A DNA stretch of 64,000 nucleotides from Ostreococcus lucimarinus (lineage: Eukaryota): assembly GCA_000092065.1 (NCBI GenBank), contig CP000589.1; one strand, 5' to 3'. A model generated the notes under the pieces. That model saw nothing but the letters and a program-made list of their open reading frames with translations, was not told the origin of the DNA and made no database searches. Position numbers and translations under genes: made by a program. This document shows positions 41,025 through 50,025 of the stretch, in pieces (within the stretch, counting starts at the first letter, position 1; each line of letters begins with the position of its first letter).

Positions 41025-42281
41025 CTATTTCTTCGATTTCGTGAGCTGGCCGATTTGGAAGTGGATGATGTCGCCGTCTTTGACGACGTACGCCTTGCCC
41101 TCTTGGCGGTACTTGCCCGCCTCTTTCACCTCAGCCATCGAAGGCTTGGTGGCGATTGCGGCGAAGTCGTCGTACGAACACACTTCAGCCTTGATGAAGC
41201 CCTTCTCGAAATCGGTGTGAATGACGCCAGCGGCTTGAGGAGCGAGAGCACCGTTGTACACGGTCCAGCATCGCACTTCCTTCTCGCCCGCGGTGAAGAA
41301 GTACATGAGATTCAGTTCCTTGTACCCTTGCGTCACCATCTTTGGCAACGCCGATTTCGCGCCTTCGTTTTCTTCGTAAAACGCCGAGCGCAGCGACTCG
41401 TCGTCGCCCAAATCGAACAGCTCTTGTTCAAATTCGACGGAAAACGGAATCATGATACCGCCGCCATGTTGCTGCACCCAGGCGTGAATCTTCGGCAGCC
41501 ACTTGTTCTTTTTGCGTACGTAGTCCCGTTTACTCAGGTTGACGAGATAAATCATCGGTTTGGTGGTCAACAACGCGGGCAGTTTGTCTTTAATCATCTC
41601 CACCTCCGGCGTGTTCCACTCTCCGGTTCGAATCGCCAAGTTATTTTCTAACATTTCCGTGCACCGCGCCATCGTGTCCTTGAACAACGCCGAGAGTTTC
41701 ATCGTCGGGTTCTTCTTGACGTCTCGCTCCTCGTCCGCGATCGCCCGCTTCACCGTCTCCAAATCCTTCAAGCACAGTTCCGCGGTGATGGTTTCCAAAT
41801 CACGCACCGGATCGATCTCATCATCCACGTGCACCACCTCCGGGTCGTCGAACGCTCGCACCACGTGAAATATGCCATCCGTCGCCATGATGTTGCTCAA
41901 GAACGCGTTCCCCAAGCCAGCGCCCGAAGACGCGCCTCGCACCAAGCCCGCGATGTCGGTCACGCTCAGAAACGCTGGATACTCGCTCGCGGGCTTCCAC
42001 ATGGAGACTAATCGATCGTATCGCGCGTCAGGGACCGGGCACCGCGCTTCATTCGGGTCGATGGTGCAGAATGGATAGTTCTCCGCCGCGATGGATTGCT
42101 CGGTCAAGATGTTAAACAGGCTCGACTTGCCGACGTTGGGCAGGCCGACGATGCCCATGCGAAGGTTGTTTCGCACGCGACCGAACTTGGCCGCGCCGAC
42201 GTCGTCGGCGCCGTCGTCGGCGGTTTTCTTTTTCGGCGGCATCGCGGTGCGTCGGCGAGTGGCGGCGGCGGCGCGCGACAC
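41025..42281 (-). CDS. OLA1: Obg-like ATPase 1 (YchF/OLA1)
   Basis: GIVGLPNVGKSSLFN, NYPFCTIDPN, DIAGLVRGAS, and the C-terminal TGS/MoaD-like region. Confidence 0.9.
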   Translation of the reverse strand: MSRAAAATRRRTAMPPKKKTADDGADDVGAAKFGRVRNNLRMGIVGLPNVGKSSLFNILTEQSIAAENYPFCTIDPNEARCPVPDARYDRLVSMWKPASEYPAFLSVTDIAGLVRGASSGAGLGNAFLSNIMATDGIFHVVRAFDDPEVVHVDDEIDPVRDLETITAELCLKDLETVKRAIADEERDVKKNPTMKLSALFKDTMARCTEMLENNLAIRTGEWNTPEVEMIKDKLPALLTTKPMIYLVNLSKRDYVRKKNKWLPKIHAWVQQHGGGIMIPFSVEFEQELFDLGDDESLRSAFYEENEGAKSALPKMVTQGYKELNLMYFFTAGEKEVRCWTVYNGALAPQAAGVIHTDFEKGFIKAEVCSYDDFAAIATKPSMAEVKEAGKYRQEGKAYVVKDGDIIHFQIGQLTKSKK

Positions 42282-42307
42282 TCCGCGACGACGCGCGACG
42301 GACCGTC

Positions 42308-44500
42308 ATGACGCTGGCGCGGCGCGGGGCGCGCGCGATGACGTCGATCGCGTCCACGAGCGCGTCGGCGGCGTCGATCGCGCGCGCACGCGATGGTTTG
42401 CGATTGAATGCGCGACTGGGACGCGCGGTGGATGCGCTTTCGCGGGACGAACACCGCGCGTTTCGCGCGAAGGCGATCGCGTTGGCGCGACAGCGCGTGG
42501 GAATGATGACGTCGTATGATGCGGTCACGGAAGAGGCGCTGCGACGGGCGGTGCGGGACGCGTTCGGGGGCGAGCGAGGGGTTCGCGTAGGACGACGCGT
42601 CTCGCGGCGGTTCGACGCGCTGCGCGAAGCGCTGAAAAGATCGAGCGGCGGACGCGTGGTGAACGCGTTGGAGACGAGCGCGGGTGAATTAGATGCGAAA
42701 CAACTCGATGGACGATCAGCTTCGGAGGTAGGCGCAACGAGAGGGCTGGAGGGCGGCGCGCTCGCTTCGTGGGACGACGACATCGAGTGGGGCGCGCGGT
42801 TAAGCAAGCGAAAGCTGCGTAGAGTGGAATCGCCCGTCGACGTCGAGCGAGCGGGAGAAAAATCGTCGGTGGAGGTGAAATATGACGAACTCGATGCCGC
42901 TGTGTACGCAGTGATGCGAAGTCCGATGACGATGGGGGCATTGAAGAGGATTTTGTACGAGACGCGCGATCGCTTGGGCACGAGTTTCAAGCCGAGGAGC
43001 GTTTTAGATTTTGGGTCGGGGCCGGTCCCGACGACTCTGTTCGCCGTGCGCGCGGTTTTCGGAGATGATGTTGGCACGCATGGCGGGCGTGATACCGATG
43101 TTAAGGTGGCGTTCGTCGATAGCAACCCAGGGATGATGCGTTTTGCGAGACGCGTGACTGGATACGCGAAGAATATAGAGCAAGAACGTCGAACGACCGC
43201 GGCGCTTGAACGCGCGTCGACGACGTCAGAGGACAAAATAGGTGTTAGTGAAGAGCTCAGCGACGTTTTAGACGACGTCGACGCGTCTGTGACGCGAGTA
43301 TTGGACTTTAGCGATTTCGAAGCGGTGGAGGATGAGCGCCACGGGTTTCGGCCCGCGAGCGCGTTGAGATTGAAAACGCCTCACCCTTGGCACGAAAGTG
43401 AAGGCATCCGCACGAGCGCGAGTCTTCGTGGCGCCAATCGACGAGGTGGATTTGACGTCGTTGTTTCGTCGTACGCGCTGGGCGAAATTCCCGATAATCA
43501 CGTCGTCAACGCGCGCGGACGCGAAGTGCGAAATCAACGACAGCTCGACGTAACGATTCGTCAGTTATGGGATAAAGTCGCTCCGGGTGGCATCTTAGTC
43601 TTGGCCGAACCTGGAACACCGCGAGGGAGCTTACTCATTCGTCGCGCGAGAGCGATGCTTCTCGACGTTGCTCGACGCGATATGGAACAGGACGCGCGAA
43701 GACTCGACTTTGAACCGAGCGAAGACGCCGTGGAGGCGTACGTCGTGGCGCCTTGCCAGCACGACAAAGCGTGTCCGCTCAAGGATGTCAACGCTGAGGA
43801 TGGCTTTTCGACGTGGTGCCACTTTCCTCAGCGAACGCTGCGAAGCGCGTACGTGCGAGAAATGAAACATGGCGCCAGACCATACCAGGATGAAAAGTTT
43901 TCATACGTCGTACTGCGCAAGATGCGTCGAAGCGCGGCGCGCAGAGACGCCGAGCGCGCGACGCAAGCCGCTCGCGACGCGCTCGCGGCGCAAAAATCCG
44001 CGACTCCGAACGACGAAAGAAACGGAGACGAAGAAGACGAAGAAGACGAAGACGAAGAATATCACGAAAGTCTCGCGCGCGAGTCTTTCGAGGATTGGTC
44101 GCGCGTCATTCGTCAGCCCATGAAGCGTAAAGGCCACGTCGTCTTTGAGCTCTGCGCCCCCTCTGGCGAACTCGAGCGCGTCACCGTCGCCAGATCTCAC
44201 GGCGATCTCATCGGCCGTGACGGCTACAAGTACGCCCGCAAGCTTCGTTGGGGTGATTTATGGCCCTTCACGCACAAAACCGTCGTCAAACCCGGCGATC
44301 AGCGCGCGTTCGAGCTCGAGGCTTCGCGTTTCGAGAGCGACTTTCTTCGGTCTCTCCGTCGCGACCGCGCCGCGCGTCTCGTCGCGTCTCCCGCGCCTCT
44401 CGACCCGATCGCGCGCGACGAGATCGAGATCGAGCTCGACGACGACGAGCTCGACGACGAGCTCGTCGATCTTTGGAATAGCCGCGCCGGCGCGCGCTAG
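42308..44500 (+). CDS. Rsm22/METTL17-like mitochondrial methyltransferase
   Basis: Class I MT motif VLDFGSGPVPT. Cys cluster CQHDKACPL..WCHFPQR typical of Rsm22. Acidic insert. Confidence 0.55.
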   Translation: MTLARRGARAMTSIASTSASAASIARARDGLRLNARLGRAVDALSRDEHRAFRAKAIALARQRVGMMTSYDAVTEEALRRAVRDAFGGERGVRVGRRVSRRFDALREALKRSSGGRVVNALETSAGELDAKQLDGRSASEVGATRGLEGGALASWDDDIEWGARLSKRKLRRVESPVDVERAGEKSSVEVKYDELDAAVYAVMRSPMTMGALKRILYETRDRLGTSFKPRSVLDFGSGPVPTTLFAVRAVFGDDVGTHGGRDTDVKVAFVDSNPGMMRFARRVTGYAKNIEQERRTTAALERASTTSEDKIGVSEELSDVLDDVDASVTRVLDFSDFEAVEDERHGFRPASALRLKTPHPWHESEGIRTSASLRGANRRGGFDVVVSSYALGEIPDNHVVNARGREVRNQRQLDVTIRQLWDKVAPGGILVLAEPGTPRGSLLIRRARAMLLDVARRDMEQDARRLDFEPSEDAVEAYVVAPCQHDKACPLKDVNAEDGFSTWCHFPQRTLRSAYVREMKHGARPYQDEKFSYVVLRKMRRSAARRDAERATQAARDALAAQKSATPNDERNGDEEDEEDEDEEYHESLARESFEDWSRVIRQPMKRKGHVVFELCAPSGELERVTVARSHGDLIGRDGYKYARKLRWGDLWPFTHKTVVKPGDQRAFELEASRFESDFLRSLRRDRAARLVASPAPLDPIARDEIEIELDDDELDDELVDLWNSRAGAR

Positions 44501-44760
44501 ACGCGCCGGTCTCGCGCGCGCGTCCGCGAAATCAGAAATCTTCAAATCCCGTCTCCCGCCGCGCTCTTTTTCCCCAAGCCCCGGCGCGATCGCGACACAG
44601 CGCGACGCGCGTCGACCTCGCGACGCGTGCGCGCGGACGCGCGAGCGCGCGGACGCGGACGATTCGTCGAGCGACGTCCGACGCGACGCGACGCCCCGAG
44701 CGAGGCCGCGAAGCGCCGCGTCGCGCGACCGGAACGCCGCCCGCCTCCGGTCGGTGATAA

Positions 44761-47418
44761 TTGCGAGCGATGGCGCGCGAAGACGGCGCGCGACGCAAGG
44801 AACGCAAGGACGAGCGCACGGTGGCGATGGAGAAGATGGTGATGGAACTCGCGGCGGCGGCGGCGGTGGTGGATGGGAATAAAACGTCGGTGAGCGAACG
44901 GGCGAGCGGGGCAAGCGGCGGGAGCAGCCTGACGAGGGCGCCGGACGCGGAGCGAGAGCGCGAGGAGGGACAAGCGTTGACGTTGGACGCGTTGGTGATG
45001 GCGAGCGCTGGATCGAATAAAAGAGCGAAGAGCGCGGGCGTTAAAGTGGCGAAACGGAAGAAGATGGAAGATAAGGGGGAGCGAAGGTGGTATTGTTGCT
45101 CGTGCAAGCAGACGCTGACGCCGGAACACTTCGATCCGAATTTGGAGACGTGTCGGTTGTGCTTGGCGAAACGTCGAGCGAAAGATCGGGCGAAGAAACG
45201 ACTTCGAGGGCTTCAGCTCAAGCATCACTTGTTGAGTGCGGATGAGAAAGATGTGGCGGCGTTTTTGTTGGGAGTGTATCATCCGGCGCTCACGCAGCAA
45301 GGGCCGCGATCTTCATCTTTTAACTCCATACAGATGAACGTGCAACGAGCGTCGATGGAAGTGAGCGCATTCGTAGAGGACTTCCGCAGCTTCCTCGAGG
45401 ACAAGCCCAAGGAACAAGCGGACAGATTGGTCCGCACGTTTTTGGGTTTGGACGATGCTGGAGAAAGGCTCACACCTCATCAAGTGATCAACGAGAAGGG
45501 TTCCGCGAAGAGGAATACGATGTCATCCAAAGCGAATAGCGCAAAGGCGACGCACAACTATCGCGCCCCAGCTTCATCGATGGGTGGCCGGCAAGAGTTG
45601 ACGAAGAGCCTGGACACCGTATACGATAAGTACGACGCGCTATTGAAAAACACCAGCGATGATCAAACGTGGGTTCGTTTCGCGGCGGAGAACGAGCAGG
45701 ACACTGATCTGGATGCTGAGAAGGTCAACTATTCCGCACCGATACATGAATCAGCTGCCGAAACCGGCACAAACGAGAAGGATGACGTGTACAGCGCCAT
45801 CATGCACGGCGCGGATCCCACCGTCAGTCATTACCTGTATCAATTCTTGTTCATGAATCAGCCGACAATCGGAGGCGAACACAGCACGATGGTCGTGGAG
45901 AGTGATCTCCCACAGCTTACGGGCCAGCTTCCATTGCGCGCAGTCGATAGCCTTTCGGAAGGGTCCAGCTTAAATGGTGCGACTAATGTGAGCTCGGAAT
46001 CGGACAACGTGTACAACACCTTGGATGAAGAGGAGCTGAACGGCAACGCATACGCGTTCAAGGGCTCGCTCGTGATGGGTTGGATTGGAGGCGCTCGTGA
46101 TGGAAAGAGAGAACTGCTAGCGAAAGAGAACGGTATCCTTCCGGACGATATGCACCCGCAAGCTGTGTTTAGCCATGGAAGACTGTTCGACGCGCGCACG
46201 CCTGGGAAGTTGGTTCCTCTCACCGAGACGGAGAACTTACACGGGTTTTCAGAAGATCTTGCGATTTTCCCCGTCAAGGATTCTTCGTCTGACATCGTTC
46301 GCATTCATATTCCGCCGGGATCTTTCAGCGAGGAGCTCGGTGTGAGAGCGTTGCACGATGGTCACTACATCGATTCTGAACTTCGCCACAGGCGCAACGG
46401 CGGAGCCGAGGTGATCCTATACCCGAACGGTAGAGACGATCGAGAGCGCAACGCAATCGTTATCCTCGGTGCTGTTCATTTACAATGTTTCGTTCGTAGC
46501 GGTACGGCGAAACAGATGCCTATCGGTTGCAACATCCCAGCGCTCTTCATACCGAGCCAAGCGCACGCGAAAGAGATTAGCGATGGCGTAGAGCACATTG
46601 CGCAAGTCAAGGGTACGAAAGCGGCCCGGCAGTTTTTGTCTTCGCTCGCGTACGTACTTGTGCACGGCGAACCAAAGAGCGCTAAGTTTGAGTTTGTCGT
46701 CGAAATGGCGCACATCCTCGCGCTCACGAGAACTTTGGATCTGCTCGAGCGATTGGCGATGTTGGCAAAGTCGTCGCTATCGAGCGATGATTCAGACACT
46801 TCTATCTCCGAAGTAGCGAGATTAGAAGTCTATAAGCCCTCGGATAATTTCTGGCAACACGCCGGTCATACCGACTCTTTTCTTGGAATCCTCCTTTGTC
46901 TTGTTGCGGGATTTATCCGTCTTATCGCTTCGGCTGTGAGCGGAGCGCGACTGAATTATGGATTCTATGCCACGCTCTTGGCCGCGGCCGCGCTTTCGGC
47001 AACGAACCCGAAGACCCGTGTAGACATCAAAAGCATTGCCTTCAACATGCTTTTTATCTGGGCACACGCAGCATCCATGCACTCAGATGATCTGACCAAT
47101 CAAATGACGTCTTACGGCAAGGCGCTGGTCATCACGCTTGCGCTCTCGGCACTGAACGCCTCGCATTCGCGCATGAGCAGCTCGTCAAGCTTTGTGTTAC
47201 CACAGCTCGCCTTTGCCGGAAGTGGCTATAACCCACACACCATTTTCCGCTTTATGAAGCAAGCGTTGCCTCAGGACGGAAGTATACCACAAAACGCGCT
47301 GCGAGCGCACGCCTGGACCGTTCACATCAGTTGCGCACTGCTGGCACCCGCGATCCTCATCTCTTGTATTTCGCAACTTCCAGGTGCACGAGTTCGCTCA
47401 AAATCTAAGCTTGCGTGA
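44761..47418 (+). CDS. Hypothetical protein (885 aa) with N-terminal Cys-rich motif (WYCCSCKQ..CRLC) and C-terminal hydrophobic helices; lower GC than flanks
   Basis: Long clean ORF; no family recognised. Confidence 0.45.
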   Translation: MRAMAREDGARRKERKDERTVAMEKMVMELAAAAAVVDGNKTSVSERASGASGGSSLTRAPDAEREREEGQALTLDALVMASAGSNKRAKSAGVKVAKRKKMEDKGERRWYCCSCKQTLTPEHFDPNLETCRLCLAKRRAKDRAKKRLRGLQLKHHLLSADEKDVAAFLLGVYHPALTQQGPRSSSFNSIQMNVQRASMEVSAFVEDFRSFLEDKPKEQADRLVRTFLGLDDAGERLTPHQVINEKGSAKRNTMSSKANSAKATHNYRAPASSMGGRQELTKSLDTVYDKYDALLKNTSDDQTWVRFAAENEQDTDLDAEKVNYSAPIHESAAETGTNEKDDVYSAIMHGADPTVSHYLYQFLFMNQPTIGGEHSTMVVESDLPQLTGQLPLRAVDSLSEGSSLNGATNVSSESDNVYNTLDEEELNGNAYAFKGSLVMGWIGGARDGKRELLAKENGILPDDMHPQAVFSHGRLFDARTPGKLVPLTETENLHGFSEDLAIFPVKDSSSDIVRIHIPPGSFSEELGVRALHDGHYIDSELRHRRNGGAEVILYPNGRDDRERNAIVILGAVHLQCFVRSGTAKQMPIGCNIPALFIPSQAHAKEISDGVEHIAQVKGTKAARQFLSSLAYVLVHGEPKSAKFEFVVEMAHILALTRTLDLLERLAMLAKSSLSSDDSDTSISEVARLEVYKPSDNFWQHAGHTDSFLGILLCLVAGFIRLIASAVSGARLNYGFYATLLAAAALSATNPKTRVDIKSIAFNMLFIWAHAASMHSDDLTNQMTSYGKALVITLALSALNASHSRMSSSSSFVLPQLAFAGSGYNPHTIFRFMKQALPQDGSIPQNALRAHAWTVHISCALLAPAILISCISQLPGARVRSKSKLA

Positions 47419-47509
47419 GCAAGCGTTGTATGAGATAAGTTTTGGTACCATTACACTCTTTTAACGCTATCATCTACTAAACTGATATTCCGCAAGCTCT
47501 CCAATTGCT

Positions 47510-48553
47510 TCACGTTGCCGCGCCCGTTGTGTACAATTCCATCGCCAAACTCACTAGTGCGATGCTAATGATTATTCGCAGCGGCATCGTCTCGTGTTCG
47601 ATACATACGTGAATGATGGCGACCACGAGCATCGACAGCGCGGACACAAAACATTTGTAAATGTTGTCCAGGTACTTCAGAATGAAAGACACTGCCAACC
47701 CGCCGAACGACAGGACGACCAAACTTACCCAAGCATAAAAGTTGAATCCGGTAAAAAGTCCATTCTTTAACGCTTCTCCTTTCCAAACTATTGGAATCGC
47801 ACCACAAATCACGCCCCAAAAGTACAGTTGCATATTCTGCCAATGAATGCTATCCGTCGCCCCGTCTTGGTTGCTGCCCTTGAGCAGCTTCTCCGACAAC
47901 ACACTCCCGGACGCAGCGATGAACGTGTTTATCACCACAAGCACGTACCCATACACACTCCCGCGTAACTGATTAGAATCTGTGATCTCCGCCGTGACAG
48001 ATCCCAATAATAACAAGAACAGCGCTCTCCACTGCAACGAAGTTAACCGCCGCCCGAGCAGCGTCCACATCAGCACCCCGGTACTTAAAATTTTCAAGTT
48101 ATTCATGATCTGATACGTCGACGGCCCCAGTTCTTGTATGATGAGGAGCATACAGTTATTCGCGACGAAATAGCACAGCGCGGGAAGCGCAAACGAGGTG
48201 AAGCGTTTCGCGCTCCACGTCACTTCTTCGACTCCTCCGCACGCCCGCGACGTCGTCAAAAAGATGAACGACAACACCAGCTTCACCGACTCCATCGTGA
48301 ACGCCAGCACCACGGTATCGTACGGATAATCATCATCACTGTTCCGGCTCAGACTCGCGAATATCGTTCCCGCCACTTGCAGGAACAAGTACGACACCAT
48401 GCTCAACACCTTGATCGACAGCGGCGTTTCCGTCCTTCCGTCGCTCTTCTTCTCGGTCGGCGTCGCATCTCGCGCGAGTTCGCCGTCCGCATCCTTCCCA
48501 TCTCGCGCGAGCAGCGATTCGCGCTCATTCGCGCTCGCGCTCGCGCTCGCCAT
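47510..48553 (-). CDS. Nucleotide-sugar transporter (SLC35A UDP-Gal/CMP-Sia transporter family)
   Basis: 10-TM layout. YFVANNCMLLIIQELGPSTYQIMNNLKILSTGVLMWTLLGRRLTSLQWRALFLLLLG aligns to the conserved SLC35A2 core. Confidence 0.8.
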   Translation of the reverse strand: MASASASANERESLLARDGKDADGELARDATPTEKKSDGRTETPLSIKVLSMVSYLFLQVAGTIFASLSRNSDDDYPYDTVVLAFTMESVKLVLSFIFLTTSRACGGVEEVTWSAKRFTSFALPALCYFVANNCMLLIIQELGPSTYQIMNNLKILSTGVLMWTLLGRRLTSLQWRALFLLLLGSVTAEITDSNQLRGSVYGYVLVVINTFIAASGSVLSEKLLKGSNQDGATDSIHWQNMQLYFWGVICGAIPIVWKGEALKNGLFTGFNFYAWVSLVVLSFGGLAVSFILKYLDNIYKCFVSALSMLVVAIIHVCIEHETMPLRIIISIALVSLAMELYTTGAAT

Positions 48554-48663
48554 CGCGTCGGTGTCTGCCGCAACGAACGATGGGTGTTACGTCGCGCGAG
48601 CCATCGCGGCAGACGCCGACGCGATTCGCGTCGTTCGCGGACGAAGCGACCGCGCGCGAACCA

Positions 48664-49955
48664 TGGAATGCGTCGATTCTCTCGACGACACCGCGCACGC
48701 GGAGGACGGGCACGAGGAGTACTGCGCGGACACGGCGGTGTCGACGGCGCGCGTCCGGACGCTGCCGAAGACGCGCATCGTCGCGCGAAACGCGTGCGCG
48801 ATCACGGGCGCGAGCGACTTCGAGCCGCTGCTCACGCTGCGAGATTTTCCGGTGGGGATGTACTGCGTCCCGGAGGAGTGGGACGGCGTGGAGTACGTCG
48901 CGGACATGCGATGGTGCGTGAGCAAGAGCTCGGGGGTGATCCAGCTCGCGGAACTCATCGAGGCGGAGACGCTGTATGATTGTCAACACGAGAGCGGCGC
49001 GATCGGAGGACTGTGGAAGCGACATCACGAAGAATTTTGTGAGTTTATCGATGCGTACGGATGTGAGAGCGTGTTGGAGATCGGCAGTGGACACGGACAT
49101 CTGGCGAAGGAGTTTGTCGCGCGAAGACGCGGGAAATGCCGATGGACAATGGTGGAACCGAACTTGCCGAGTTGGTTGCTCACGGGTGATCATCCGAGCG
49201 AAATTCACCCGATCTCGGCGTGGTTTTGTGATTCGTTCGAATTACCGAAAGACGTACCGAAAATCGACGCTGTGGTACATTCGCACACGTTTGAGCACAT
49301 CTACGATTACGACGAGTTTCTTCGCAACGTGGCAAGAATGGAACCCAAGTTTCAAATATTTTCGGTGCCACACCAGCGGGAATGGCTGGCGCGTGGTTGG
49401 CAAAATAGCATCATGTTCGAACACCCGCAACTGTTGACGCCGAAAGCGATCGAGTACATTATGTCACGTCACGGTTTCGAGTTGCAAGGAAAGAAAGTTT
49501 TCGCCGACGGGCACTCAATGTTTTACGCGTTTTCATACGCGGGAAACGCGAGCAAAAGCGAGACATCGCAGCAATCTCTCGATGAGTACGCAGAGAACAA
49601 GCGTCTTTTTCGTAACTGGCTCAAATCCAACGTTGATTTCGTCCAGAATGTGAACGATCGCATCGATGAAGCGACTATGAATGGAGAAAAGCCAACAGTT
49701 TACATGTTTGGGGCGCACATCTTCACGCAGTACCTCGTCAGCTTTGGATTGCGTATATCCGCAGTTGAGGCGATTTTGGATAACGCCGAAGGAAAGCAAG
49801 GAAAGAGACTGTACGGCCTTCCTCTCTTGGTGCACTCTCCGAAAATTCTCTCTAATGTAGAACGACCAATCGTCATCTTACGAGTCGGCGCGTACGCCGA
49901 AGAAATAAAACGCGGCATTCTCGAAGTGAACGCTCGCACGGTCTTTTGGGAGTAA
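48664..49955 (+). CDS. SAM-dependent methyltransferase with TylCIII-type architecture (NDP-hexose C-methyltransferase-like; bacterial sugar-modification type)
   Basis: VLEIGSGHGHL glycine-rich SAM motif. HSHTFEHIYD..FEHPQLLTPKAIEYIMSRHGFEL middle domain. C-terminal domain VYMFGAHIFTQYLV..ILDNAEGKQGKRLYGLPLL as in C-methyltransferase C-terminal domains. The ORF track begins at 48399, but that extension overlaps the transporter gene, so the start was set at the Met at 48664. Confidence 0.65.
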
Positions 49956-50025
49956 GGCGGGTACAGACGTTGAACGATTGTGTGTTAGCATAGCTTAGAA
50001 GCTGTAGTACTTACATATTTCAATT

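Noticed and set aside
42112-43236. 374-aa minus ORF antisense to the Rsm22-like gene
   Set aside because: No motifs; the opposite strand carries methyltransferase and Cys-cluster signatures.
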